Shown: piece by piece, positions 28,471-38,043 of the stretch | How the letters are laid out: each line of letters begins with the position of its first letter | How positions within the stretch are numbered: position 1 is the stretch's first letter | From: Patescibacteria group bacterium | Lineage (GTDB): Bacteria; Patescibacteriota; Saccharimonadia; CAILAD01; BJGX01 | Reading direction: 5' to 3' | Assembly (NCBI GenBank): GCA_009691555.1 | Contig: SICB01000001.1 | Coordinates: 1-42,074, forward strand | Length of the DNA stretch: 42,074 bases | Notes under the pieces: model-generated | What the model saw: only the letters and a program-made list of their open reading frames with translations | Told to the model about the DNA's origin: nothing | Database searches by the model: none | Position numbers and translations under genes: made by a program

Positions 28471-29646
28471 TCAGCTACCAACAATATATAGCTCTTGTTC
28501 GGCCCTGGTGACTGCGGTATATAGCCAGCGTTGCCATTCGTCTTGGCTCATTTTGGGAAAGCGTTCTTCAAAAACCAAGACTCGCTTGGCCTGTGAGCCT
28601 TGGGCCTTATGAACGGTCAGCCCATAGCCAAAATCAAATAGACCGACAACATCTTTTTTGGATCTCTTGGGCAATGTCTTGATGGTTGCGGCAGCTCCAA
28701 ATTGCTCCCGCGGAGCAAAGCCCTCAAAGCTCACGCCGTCGAAGTCGGCCGTGATATTCCACCATAGCAAATCGTTATCATTTGGCACCGATGCGATATT
28801 TGTGATAATGCCAATTTGCCCGTTGCTCAAACCCGTCTCGCGGCTATTGCGCAAACAAACGATAGTATCATTGCGCTGCGGGTCTGGGCCTTCGAAACCC
28901 TTGAGTTCGCGAACATGGCTATTGAGCTTTTGGCGGGTACTGTTGTAGCCACACAAAACCAAGGTGTCGGCATCGTGGCTTTCCAATATGGCTTGCACGG
29001 CGTCGCCGGTGACAGGATCGTTTCGGTCGAGCTTTTCAACACCCTCACCATAGGCTTTAATTGGTATCGCCTGCCCGCTACGAGCCATTGTCGATATCGC
29101 AATTATTGGGCTATCGGCCGCCTGGCGCCATATTTTGTCGAGCTTAATCTCGGGCTCTAGCATCAGGTTGAAGTTGTTGCCAATTGGTGGCAACTGACCG
29201 TGGTCGCCAACCGCCAGCACCGGCTTACCAAAACTCAAGAGGTCGTTCCATATATCCTCGCTCACCATGCTGGCTTCATCGACTATAATTATATCGACCT
29301 TTAGCGAGTCACGCTTGCGCCATTTCAGGACATCACCCTTGCCGGTTTCAGAATAGTACATCAGACTATGGAGGGTCGATATCGAATCGCCCGGCCGTAG
29401 TATCTTGTCTTCAACGAGTTTGCGTTTTAATACCAAAGCCGCCTTGCCTGTAAAGGCCGCAAAGCCCACTTTGGTGGTGGGCATATTGGCGGTTAATACC
29501 TGACGCAAGGTTGCAATCAGAGTAGTTTTGCCTGTGCCGGCATAGCCACCGAGAGTGATATATTGTGGGCCACCTTTATTGTAAGACTTGAGCCAGGCAC
29601 CAATCGCACTTAGCGCGGCAGCTTGTTGGTTTGTAAATTTTTGCAT
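28471..29646 (-). CDS. RecD/Dda-like SF1B ATP-dependent helicase
   Basis: GYAGTGKT, DEASMV, GDHGQLPP, TVHKAQGS, YTAVTRA motifs. Confidence 0.9.
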   Translation of the reverse strand: MQKFTNQQAAALSAIGAWLKSYNKGGPQYITLGGYAGTGKTTLIATLRQVLTANMPTTKVGFAAFTGKAALVLKRKLVEDKILRPGDSISTLHSLMYYSETGKGDVLKWRKRDSLKVDIIIVDEASMVSEDIWNDLLSFGKPVLAVGDHGQLPPIGNNFNLMLEPEIKLDKIWRQAADSPIIAISTMARSGQAIPIKAYGEGVEKLDRNDPVTGDAVQAILESHDADTLVLCGYNSTRQKLNSHVRELKGFEGPDPQRNDTIVCLRNSRETGLSNGQIGIITNIASVPNDNDLLWWNITADFDGVSFEGFAPREQFGAAATIKTLPKRSKKDVVGLFDFGYGLTVHKAQGSQAKRVLVFEERFPKMSQDEWQRWLYTAVTRAEQELYIVGS

Positions 29647-29753
29647 CACAGGTATTGTACCAGCAATTTGTGCCTTACAAATAATCGCGCAGCTTATTAA
29701 ACTTCATAATATTTTAATGATAGGGCTATATAATTTGGTATAATATATCTATT

Positions 29754-30689
29754 ATGACCAACCAAACAACACCCCAAAAATACGATTTGATAATAGTAGG
29801 AGCCGGCCCAGCTGGCTACACGGCCGCTATTTATGCTGCCAGAGCAAACATAAAAGTACTAATGGTAGCCGGAACTATTCCTGGCGGACAGCTCCTACTA
29901 ACCACCGAAGTCGAAAACTTTCCGGGTTTTAGAGATGGAGTTATGGGTCCCGAGCTGATGGACGCAATGAAAGCCCAGGCCAAGCGCTTCGGCACCGAAA
30001 TAATCCAAGAGAACGCTACTAAAGTAGATGTCGGCGGCCAGCCAAAAAAAGTCACCATCGGCAAAAATGAATATATTTCGAAGGCACTCATCATATCGAC
30101 CGGTGCCAGCGCCAACTGGCTCGGTCTAGCTAGCGAAGAGCGACTAATGGGCAACGGAGTTTCGTCGTGCGCCACCTGTGATGGTTTCTTTTTTAAAGAC
30201 CAAGAGGTAGTTGTGGTTGGCGGCGGTGATAGCGCCATGGAAGAGGCCTTAACGCTGTCTAAGCTGGCCAGCAAGGTTACTATCGTACACCGCCGAGCCG
30301 AATTTAGGGCAAGCAAGATAATGCAAGACAGGGTGCTAAATAACGACAAAATCGAAGTGCTTTGGAACTCATCGGTCGTCGAGGTACTTGGAAAAGAAAA
30401 GGTCTCGGGCATCAAGACAAAAAACATCAAAACCGGAAAATCCAAGAAGCTAGAATGTAAAGGTCTCTTTATAGCCATTGGACACACCCCCGCCACCGAA
30501 TTATTTAAGGGTTCACTCGAAATGGACAAAGCCGGCTACTTGCGCGTCAAAGACAATGTCAAAACTGCCATCGACGGAGTTTTTGCAGCTGGCGATGTAG
30601 CCGACCCGCATTATCGCCAGGCAATCACTGCAGCTGGCGACGGCTGCCGAGCGGCGCTTGAGGTCGAGAGGTACCTAGAAGGCATCTAA
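29754..30689 (+). CDS. trxB: Thioredoxin-disulfide reductase
   Basis: GAGPAG, CATCDG, GGGDSAMEE, AAGDV..YRQA motifs. Confidence 0.97.
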   Translation: MTNQTTPQKYDLIIVGAGPAGYTAAIYAARANIKVLMVAGTIPGGQLLLTTEVENFPGFRDGVMGPELMDAMKAQAKRFGTEIIQENATKVDVGGQPKKVTIGKNEYISKALIISTGASANWLGLASEERLMGNGVSSCATCDGFFFKDQEVVVVGGGDSAMEEALTLSKLASKVTIVHRRAEFRASKIMQDRVLNNDKIEVLWNSSVVEVLGKEKVSGIKTKNIKTGKSKKLECKGLFIAIGHTPATELFKGSLEMDKAGYLRVKDNVKTAIDGVFAAGDVADPHYRQAITAAGDGCRAALEVERYLEGI

Positions 30690-30771
30690 AAAACCGATAT
30701 TGCCTCGCTCTGTACGGGCTCTTTGTCATAGTAAAGATAAAAAACCAATTAGTTAAAAAAAGATACTAATA

Positions 30772-32169
30772 ATGACCAAGCATCGCAAACCAATTACAAA
30801 ATACGATCTCAGACAAAGACTTATCAGTCGTTCGCTCTGGACTATTTTAATCGTTGAGGTTATTTTTGTATCTACACTTTTGGTGTATTTTTATGTGATA
30901 CTACCTCGACCCAAGCCAGCACCAGCTAGTGCAGTCACAAAAATACAGCAAAAAAAAGAAATTAAAACGGGCAAGATAATTTCCGAAGAGTCAGCAAGGG
31001 TTTTTTCTGCTAGCGAAGTGCAGAGAATAATATCCCAGACCAACAAGCGCTTTGATAGCCCCGTCAATGTCGAGGTCACGAAGCAGACTTTTGTATTTAC
31101 GACCTCTGACGGTACCAAAGATGATGTGCCTGTTTATGCTCGGGTTTATTTGCCATCTGGCAACAACAGAAAGCCAATTTTTGCCTTTGCACCAGGTACT
31201 TCGGGCGTTGCAGATAGTTGTTCGGCCTCGCTCGAAGATCCTGCCAAAAAGGACTGGGCAAATTACGATAGCCTACTTATGGCCTACGCCAGCCAGGGCT
31301 ATGCGGTGGTCACAATCGATTACGAGGGTATGCGCGACAGCTCCCGACAGCATCATTTTATGGTTGCCGAGTTGCAAGCCAAGGCACTACTTGATAGCGT
31401 CCGCGCCATTAGCGCCCTAGCCATAACAAAAGATCAGCTTGATGCCGACAAGGTCTTTAGTGCCGGCTATTCCGAGGGCGGGCAAGCCGCTTACTGGGCC
31501 GACCAAATCAAAGACGACTATGCACCAGAGCTAAACCTCAGTGGCGCAATTGGCTTCGCGCCAGTTACTAGTGTCGAAGAAACCCTCGACGATGCCACCA
31601 GAGGAGCAAACATCAACTGGTTCGGCCCGCTGGTACTGGCGAGCTACGGCGATTGGTACAAGGCCAGCTACCCGGTCGATAAAATCCTCACGAGCCAGTG
31701 GGCCAAAACCTACCTGCAAGATGTGCAGTCTAGCTGCATCGATGGCTTTAGCAAAACCTGGCCCAATAACACCGGCTCAAATAGGTCGGGCGAGATCTAT
31801 ACCAGCGAGTTCATTAAGGCCGCCAAGGATCTCAATATTGCCATCAACCCAATCTACGCCGGGTTTTCTGCTGATATGGCTAAAAACATTGTCGGTAGTA
31901 CCAATACCAGCCGCCCCAAGCTAATCAACCAAGGTATTAACGACAATGTTATTTTATTATCACAAAGCCAGCACGGCTTTGAGCGGATGTGTGTCCAGTC
32001 CAATATCGTGACATTCAAAAAATACGATACCAGCCCTTATGCCATTGCCAATACCAATCCCACCGGAAGCGTCGGTCATTACCAAACAATGAATGCTAGC
32101 TTCAAGGATACCTTGGCTTGGATGCAAAATATCATCTCGCAAAAGCCAGTGCCGAACAGTTGTAAATAG
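30772..32169 (+). CDS. Membrane-anchored alpha/beta hydrolase (secretory lipase-like)
   Basis: N-terminal TM; GT-G-A-D-C, GYAVV..DYEG, GYSEGG nucleophile elbow, late D and H. Confidence 0.8.
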   Translation: MTKHRKPITKYDLRQRLISRSLWTILIVEVIFVSTLLVYFYVILPRPKPAPASAVTKIQQKKEIKTGKIISEESARVFSASEVQRIISQTNKRFDSPVNVEVTKQTFVFTTSDGTKDDVPVYARVYLPSGNNRKPIFAFAPGTSGVADSCSASLEDPAKKDWANYDSLLMAYASQGYAVVTIDYEGMRDSSRQHHFMVAELQAKALLDSVRAISALAITKDQLDADKVFSAGYSEGGQAAYWADQIKDDYAPELNLSGAIGFAPVTSVEETLDDATRGANINWFGPLVLASYGDWYKASYPVDKILTSQWAKTYLQDVQSSCIDGFSKTWPNNTGSNRSGEIYTSEFIKAAKDLNIAINPIYAGFSADMAKNIVGSTNTSRPKLINQGINDNVILLSQSQHGFERMCVQSNIVTFKKYDTSPYAIANTNPTGSVGHYQTMNASFKDTLAWMQNIISQKPVPNSCK

Positions 32170-32192
32170 TTAGCTTGGGATTATTTTATAAT

Positions 32193-32226
32193 AAAAAAAA
32201 GCACCTCTTAATAAAGGGCGCTTTTA
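32193..32226 (-). terminator. Intrinsic terminator of rplU (possibly bidirectional)
   Basis: Hairpin GCGCC-CTT...AAG-A-GGTGC followed by T8 on the minus strand, between convergent genes. Confidence 0.7.
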
Positions 32227-32234
32227 GTAGGTTC

Positions 32235-32570
32235 TTACTTAGATCTTATCTCGGTAATTTCCAAAATAGCATGACGCTGCCGGTGACCTGTTAGGGTTTT
32301 TTGGCGCTTCTTAGCTTTGTACTTCAAAACCTTAACCTTGTCGGCCTTAACATCCGCTTCGATTATCTTTGCAACCACTACAGCTCCTTCGAGCTTTGGT
32401 TTGCCAATTTGTATTTTATCGCCGTCGATTACAATCAATGGTTTGAATTCGATTACATCTTTATCAGAGTGCAATAGCTCAGTCTCAATTTTGTGACCTT
32501 TTTCTACCATGTATTGTTTCGAGCCGGACTCTATTACTGCTATCACTTGTTGGTTTCCTTTCCTTGTCAC
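32235..32570 (-). CDS. rplU: 50S ribosomal protein L21
   Basis: AVIESGSKQY.V, KYKAKKR...GHRQ motifs. Confidence 0.95.
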   Translation of the reverse strand: MTRKGNQQVIAVIESGSKQYMVEKGHKIETELLHSDKDVIEFKPLIVIDGDKIQIGKPKLEGAVVVAKIIEADVKADKVKVLKYKAKKRQKTLTGHRQRHAILEITEIRSK

Positions 32571-32689
32571 TTACCTTAAAAGACAATTTATAATTATAGC
32601 ACTAAAATAGGTGCGTTGTAAAGAACAAAATGCTCTGCGGTTGCTTGCTTGAGAGAGCGCTCAGAGTTTTTTCTTTGTAGTCTTTATAG

Positions 32690-33180
32690 ATTATTTTTTT
32701 AATTAATCTCATTAGCTATCACTTTTGATGGCAAAAGTAATATAAAACCAGCCGACTTCTAATTGATTATAGCTCGCCCCAATAAGCGCCCCAGGCTACC
32801 GAACAATCTTGATCTAAGAATAAACTTGCCCTGAATGCTAATTGGCTATCAATAATAATTGTTTTTATATTAATATCATTAATTACCACTTTTGGTATCA
32901 AAAGTGGAGCAAAAATAGCCGACTGTGGCTCGCCCCAATAAGCGCCCCAGGCTACCGCACAATCTTGATCCAGAATAAACTTGCCCTGAATATTAACATT
33001 TCAGGGCTTCAAACAATCCTGGATAATGATTAGTCCGTTAGCCTGTTGCTTTCTTGGAGCTCGATGTCGGCAGAAACCAGCAGAGGACAGAGTACATTTA
33101 CAGCAATAATAATTATTTTTTTAATTAATCTCATTAGCTATCACTTTTGATGGCAAAAGTAATATAAAACCAGCCGACTT
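32690..33180. repeat. Dispersed repeat, locus B: three palindrome+CCGAC units, one truncated and one full 152-bp hairpin, bounded by 69-bp exact direct repeats
   Basis: 32690-32758 equals 33112-33180; 32772-32837 is a partial copy; 32919-33070 is a full copy of 3151-3302. Confidence 0.92.
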
Positions 33181-33235
33181 ATGGGTTAACACGACTATCA
33201 AATATCGGCGCCTAACCTGCTATAATTAGTAGCAT

Positions 33236-34000
33236 ATGGAAAGCTCAAAAAAAGTCATATCAATTGCTAATCAAAAAGGCGGAGTCGGTAAAACCACCAC
33301 CACTATTAGCGTCGCCTCCTACTTAGCTAGGTTTGGCCATAAGGTGCTTTTGGTCGATCTCGACCCTCAGGGCAACAGCACCAGCGGGCTGGCAATCAAT
33401 AAACAGGCGCTCAAGGCTAGTATTTATAACGTGCTGGTCGACAAGACCCCCGTCGCCGAAGTAATCATTAAAACCAAAATCAAGAATCTCGATATTATTC
33501 CTGCTAAGTCGGAGCTAGCCGCCGCCGAAGTCGAGGTTTCGTCTACCCCCGGCCGAGAAAAGATTTTAAAACTAGCGCTTCGGCATTTGCAGTACGATGT
33601 AATTATTATCGACTGCCCACCGTCGCTGGGATTGCTAACAATCAACGCCTTCGTGGCCAGCGATTCGGTCATTATACCCGTCCAGAGCGAGTACTATGCC
33701 CTAGAGGGCCTCTCGGAGCTACTCGATACCATCAAGCGCGTTCGGGTTGGGCTAAACCCAAGGCTCGATATCTTGGGTCTGGTGGTTACCATGCATAATC
33801 GCCGGACCAGCCTTGGCGAGCAGGTATTAGAGGAAATCAAGAAGCATTTTCCATCTAAAATATTTGACACCGTAATACCTCGCAATATACGATTAGCAGA
33901 AGCACCCAGCCATGGTAAGCCAATATACGAGTACGACAGGTTTTCCAAGGGCGCCCAGGCTTACAAGAAATTGACCAAAGAAATAGAAAAGAGGCTATAG
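33236..34000 (+). CDS. parA: Chromosome partitioning ATPase ParA/Soj
   Basis: NQKGGVGKTT, DLDPQGN, DCPPSLG, LAEAPSHG motifs. Confidence 0.97.
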   Translation: MESSKKVISIANQKGGVGKTTTTISVASYLARFGHKVLLVDLDPQGNSTSGLAINKQALKASIYNVLVDKTPVAEVIIKTKIKNLDIIPAKSELAAAEVEVSSTPGREKILKLALRHLQYDVIIIDCPPSLGLLTINAFVASDSVIIPVQSEYYALEGLSELLDTIKRVRVGLNPRLDILGLVVTMHNRRTSLGEQVLEEIKKHFPSKIFDTVIPRNIRLAEAPSHGKPIYEYDRFSKGAQAYKKLTKEIEKRL

Positions 34001-34004
34001 CATC

Positions 34005-34898
34005 ATGAGTTCAACCAACCGATTAGGCCGAGGCTTAGATGCCCTAATACCAAGCGATATCGACGATTTTGTGGCCGCTAGTCTGCCCCAGCAGCTCAAG
34101 ACCGACAAAAACAACATCCTGGAGCTCAACCCTGCCGATATTTTGCCGAATCCCCACCAACCCCGAACTGATTTTTCGAGAACCGACCTCGACGGCTTAG
34201 CGCAGAGTATTAAGCAACACGGTATATTGCAGCCGATAATCGTCATTGAAACCAACGCCGGAGTGTACCAGCTAATCGCTGGTGAGAGGCGCCTCAGAGC
34301 CGCCAAACAGCTGGGTCTAACAACAATACCATCGATTGTGCGGACTTTTTCCGAACAAGAGCAGCTAGAGCTAGCTGTTATCGAAAACATCCAACGATCC
34401 GAATTAAAGCCGCTCGAGCTTGCGATTGCGTATACTAAGCTTGTTGATCAGTTCAATATGACGCACGAAGCAATCGCCAAACGTGTCGGCAAAGGGTCCT
34501 CGACAGTTTCAAATTCTATTAGGCTCGTTAATTTGCCACACGCCGCCAAGTTGGCCCTGCAAAAGGATCAAATTACTGAAGGCCACGCCCGGGCCATATT
34601 GTCGCTCGACAATTCGACCGACCAGACCATACTACTAGAGGCAATCATCAAATCTAAGCTGACGGTTCGAGAGGCCGAGGAATTTACCCGCAAACTCAAG
34701 GCTGGCAATCAAATAGAATCGCCGACCAAGGCCAAGACCATCCGAAACCAACACAGTGCTCTCACTACTAGCCTAGGCAAACTGCTCGGTACCAAAGTCA
34801 ATGTGATGCCCACCGCCAGAGGTGGCAGGCTGGTAATTGAGTACTATTCAGATGAAGAGCTGGCGCGCATAGCCGGGCAAATACAAGGCCAAGACTAG
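34005..34898 (+). CDS. parB: Chromosome partitioning protein ParB/Spo0J
   Basis: LGRGLDAL, QPR, GERRLRA, IENIQR motifs. Confidence 0.97.
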   Translation: MSSTNRLGRGLDALIPSDIDDFVAASLPQQLKTDKNNILELNPADILPNPHQPRTDFSRTDLDGLAQSIKQHGILQPIIVIETNAGVYQLIAGERRLRAAKQLGLTTIPSIVRTFSEQEQLELAVIENIQRSELKPLELAIAYTKLVDQFNMTHEAIAKRVGKGSSTVSNSIRLVNLPHAAKLALQKDQITEGHARAILSLDNSTDQTILLEAIIKSKLTVREAEEFTRKLKAGNQIESPTKAKTIRNQHSALTTSLGKLLGTKVNVMPTARGGRLVIEYYSDEELARIAGQIQGQD

Positions 34899-34913
34899 CC
34901 ACCTGCAGCCTAG

Positions 34914-35732
34914 TTACTGAGCTGGTTCGTATTTGGGGAGGTTCAAAAAACCAGCGTCGTTGAGTGGTGTAACTCTAAAAAAAGCCGTTCCAATTACATT
35001 TTTCTGAGGTAGCTGCCCCCAGAAACGCGAATCATAGCTGCCGCCGGGCTTGCGATTGTCGCCTATTACAAACAAGTTGCCCGGTAGCACCACTGTATCT
35101 ACTTCGCCCTCCATTTTGGTGTTTTGGTCTATGTATTTTTCTTCGGGTATAAAGCCTTCGGGGTGCTGTTCGTTGTATATTTTAAGTACGCCGTCTTTGA
35201 GGGTTACTCTCTCGCCAGGCAACCCAATAACTCTTTTGATATAGAATATTTGCATATTCTCTGGTGGCCTAAATACCAGCACATCGCCGCGAGCGTATTT
35301 TATGTAGGCCTTATCGCCAAAGAAAGAAGTGATGTTTTTGAGAGAAGATTTAGCCCTGTCTACCAACAAATAATCGGCATTGACGAAGTCGGGGTTCATG
35401 CTATTGCCATCGACATAGTAGGCTTGAAATATAAAGTTATTAATAAATATCACTACCACAGCGGCTATGATTAGTGTCTTTGCTACTTCCCAAATAATGT
35501 GCAAGGGGCCCTTTTTGGGCTGCTCGTCCGCGGACTGCTCTTCGAGCGAAGTAGCGAAATTATTGAAGTCCTTGACATCCGATTCGAGATGCTGCTGCGC
35601 GCTAGCAGATCCGACAACGGGCGTAGTTGGTTCTGCTGGTGGTTGTGTTGGCTGAATATCGGTGCCTGGCTTCAGTAGGTCAGTTTCGTCTAGTCTAGCA
35701 CTTAGGTCTGCCGATTCTTTTTCGTCTTTCAT
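34914..35732 (-). CDS. lepB: Signal peptidase I
   Basis: SMNP catalytic Ser, IKRVIGLPGE Lys, GDNR..SYDSR motifs. Confidence 0.95.
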   Translation of the reverse strand: MKDEKESADLSARLDETDLLKPGTDIQPTQPPAEPTTPVVGSASAQQHLESDVKDFNNFATSLEEQSADEQPKKGPLHIIWEVAKTLIIAAVVVIFINNFIFQAYYVDGNSMNPDFVNADYLLVDRAKSSLKNITSFFGDKAYIKYARGDVLVFRPPENMQIFYIKRVIGLPGERVTLKDGVLKIYNEQHPEGFIPEEKYIDQNTKMEGEVDTVVLPGNLFVIGDNRKPGGSYDSRFWGQLPQKNVIGTAFFRVTPLNDAGFLNLPKYEPAQ

Positions 35733-35821
35733 TAGGTCCTATTATAACATTTTAGAATCACTATTTCGATGTAGTTAAAAACTATTTATTAGTACTGCGA
35801 AATCGCCTATAATATAACCAT

Positions 35822-37216
35822 ATGAAATTACACAAAACATCAAGATCTAATAAGCTTGATGGTCGCGATGACATCTCGAATTTAGCTCGAGCCGGTCGCG
35901 AAAAACCAAAAAAACATCACATCTTACGGATATCACTGATAGTGCTCGCACTGCTGGTATTATCGGCGGGTGCTTTTGCCGCAAAAACTATCATTACTCT
36001 CAATAAGGTCATCAAGCACCAGGGCGGCATCAGCGCCGACGGGCTGAAGGGCGAATTGGATTTGAGTCGGCTGAAGGGCGAAGGCGAGGGGCGCATCAAT
36101 ATTTTGCTGCTCGGCGTCGGCGATGCCGGCCACGCAGGTGCCGGCCTGACCGATACAATACTAGTAGCCAGTATTGATCCAAAAACCTATAATGTCGTAA
36201 TGATTAGCATACCGCGCGATCTGTATGTCAAGATACCAGGCTACTGGTGGAGCAAAATCAACTCCGCCAACGCTTTTGCCGAACAAGACAAAGAAGGTTC
36301 TGGGCCCGAAGTCATCAAAAAAATAGTCAGCGATGTGCTCGATATCCCAATTCATTACTATCTGAAAGTCGACTTTACAGGCCTCAAAAAGTCGGTCGAC
36401 ACGCTAGGGGGTATTGATATCAATAACCCGACCAGCCTCAATGACCCAGACTATCCTTGTGATAAAAACGAAAGCTACTCCTGTGGCTTTAAGCTCAAGG
36501 CCGGTGTTTTGCATATGGACGGAGCCTTGGCATTAAAGTTTGCTCGCTGCCGCAAGGGTACTTGCGGGGACGACTACGGCCGGGCCATCAGGCAACAGGC
36601 GGTCTTGGTGGCGATGCGCGACCAAGCATTGCAGCTCAGTAATATTTTTAATCCTGGTAAGATCAACGACTTACTTGGTATTATCGGAGATCACCTGCAG
36701 ACCGATATCAGCCTCGATGAAATGCAGCGACTAATTGCGATTGCCCGTAAGATAAACTCCAATACCATCGTCAATAAAGTTCTCGAAAACGAAGCAGAGG
36801 GGCTGGTAAAAAATAGCAATGTCGGCGACGCCAGCGTGGTCATCCCGACAGCAGGAGTAGGCAACTATAGTGCGATACAGGCTTATGTAGACAGCCTTTT
36901 GATTGATGGCTACATTAGTACTGAAGCTGCTAAGGTTGAGATAATCAGCGATGGAGCCAAGCTCGGTAGAGCCTATGCTCTTTCGGTATTGTTGAAATCG
37001 TTGGGTTATAATGTTATAAAGACTACAGCGATTGCTGAGCCAGGTGACGGCAAAACCAAGCTGATTAATTTTGCTAACGACGGCACGCCATATACTATTC
37101 AGTATCTCGAGAACAGGCTCGGGGTTCCAGTCGAAAAGCAAACCAGAGCTTCAGATCAACGGGCCGATATTAAAATTATGCTAGGAGCAGATTATCAATT
37201 TAAAAACAGCCATTAA
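35822..37216 (+). CDS. LCP (LytR-CpsA-Psr) family protein with LytR_C-like domain
   Basis: N-terminal TM, INILLLG, TDTI, SIPRDLYV, DYGRAIRQQ motifs. Confidence 0.92.
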   Translation: MKLHKTSRSNKLDGRDDISNLARAGREKPKKHHILRISLIVLALLVLSAGAFAAKTIITLNKVIKHQGGISADGLKGELDLSRLKGEGEGRINILLLGVGDAGHAGAGLTDTILVASIDPKTYNVVMISIPRDLYVKIPGYWWSKINSANAFAEQDKEGSGPEVIKKIVSDVLDIPIHYYLKVDFTGLKKSVDTLGGIDINNPTSLNDPDYPCDKNESYSCGFKLKAGVLHMDGALALKFARCRKGTCGDDYGRAIRQQAVLVAMRDQALQLSNIFNPGKINDLLGIIGDHLQTDISLDEMQRLIAIARKINSNTIVNKVLENEAEGLVKNSNVGDASVVIPTAGVGNYSAIQAYVDSLLIDGYISTEAAKVEIISDGAKLGRAYALSVLLKSLGYNVIKTTAIAEPGDGKTKLINFANDGTPYTIQYLENRLGVPVEKQTRASDQRADIKIMLGADYQFKNSH

Positions 37217-37271
37217 GAGAGCCAATCTATTTAGCCAGGGGCAGCGACTTATTGTAACGGTCAGTATTATA

Positions 37272-38003
37272 TTGTCGCTCTTTGCGATTGGTATTTTGTA
37301 TTACACCCCATTTCCACTAATGATGATCCCGGTTGCTCTGGGCCTAAATTACCTGCTCTTTAGGCGCCTGATAGTTACCAAAAAAATCAGAACAATCATT
37401 ACCAAGTCTTTACGCCCAATTATCTGGATCGGTATTAGCTTATTTTATTTTCAAAGCGTCTATTTGATTGGCAAAATGTCAATCCCAGTATTTATTATCT
37501 GCATTGCCTTCTCTGCACTGATTTATGGCGTTATCTGTTATTTCGAGACGCAAACCCAGCCCAACCTAATGGTCGATAATATATTGACCATACTCTTTAT
37601 TTTGTTTAGTACTTCGCTTGCCAGCCTGATGGTAGCGTATTGGCACTGGCCAGCAGCCTTGGTAATGCTAATCCTCTGGGTCGTGAACTTCTTGGTGGCG
37701 CTGTGGTGGCTCCTGGATTTTACCAACAATCCCCAAATACTGGCAGCTCTGTGGGGTTTTGTAACACTCGAGATGTTTTGGCTGTCTTCTCGCTGGACGG
37801 TCCTATATCAAATACCAAATGTTCCGTTTATATTGTCGCAATACAGCATTATAATAACATCTCTGGCCTATGGCTGGGGCGGTATATACTACCATTACAA
37901 GCAACGAACACTCAAAAAGACCGTCATCGTAGAGTACCTTGCCCTGATAGTCGTGGTATTTGTTGTTCTGATAGTTATGAACCGCTGGACCGGCACAGGT
38001 TAG
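37272..38003 (+). CDS. Hypothetical multi-pass membrane protein (start may lie upstream)
   Basis: About 8 hydrophobic segments; frame is open from 37185. Confidence 0.75.
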   Translation: MSLFAIGILYYTPFPLMMIPVALGLNYLLFRRLIVTKKIRTIITKSLRPIIWIGISLFYFQSVYLIGKMSIPVFIICIAFSALIYGVICYFETQTQPNLMVDNILTILFILFSTSLASLMVAYWHWPAALVMLILWVVNFLVALWWLLDFTNNPQILAALWGFVTLEMFWLSSRWTVLYQIPNVPFILSQYSIIITSLAYGWGGIYYHYKQRTLKKTVIVEYLALIVVVFVVLIVMNRWTGTG

Positions 38004-38043
38004 GCCAGGCACCAATCGGGTGTTCGATTTTTTAGCCAAGTAG

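Noticed and set aside
29831..30529. 232-aa antisense ORF, and similar shadows on infB, ftsZ, secD, parB and prfA
   Set aside because: Antisense shadows of conserved genes with no recognisable motifs
32842..33033. 63-aa ORF in the repeat region
   Set aside because: Runs through the palindrome and hairpin repeat and has no SD; likely spurious
32690..33180. CRISPR array
   Set aside because: Unit spacing is irregular (167 and 255 bp), intervening sequences are themselves repeated, and no cas genes are present
32580..34900. Canonical parS (TGTTTCACGTGAAACA) near parAB
   Set aside because: Not seen on reading
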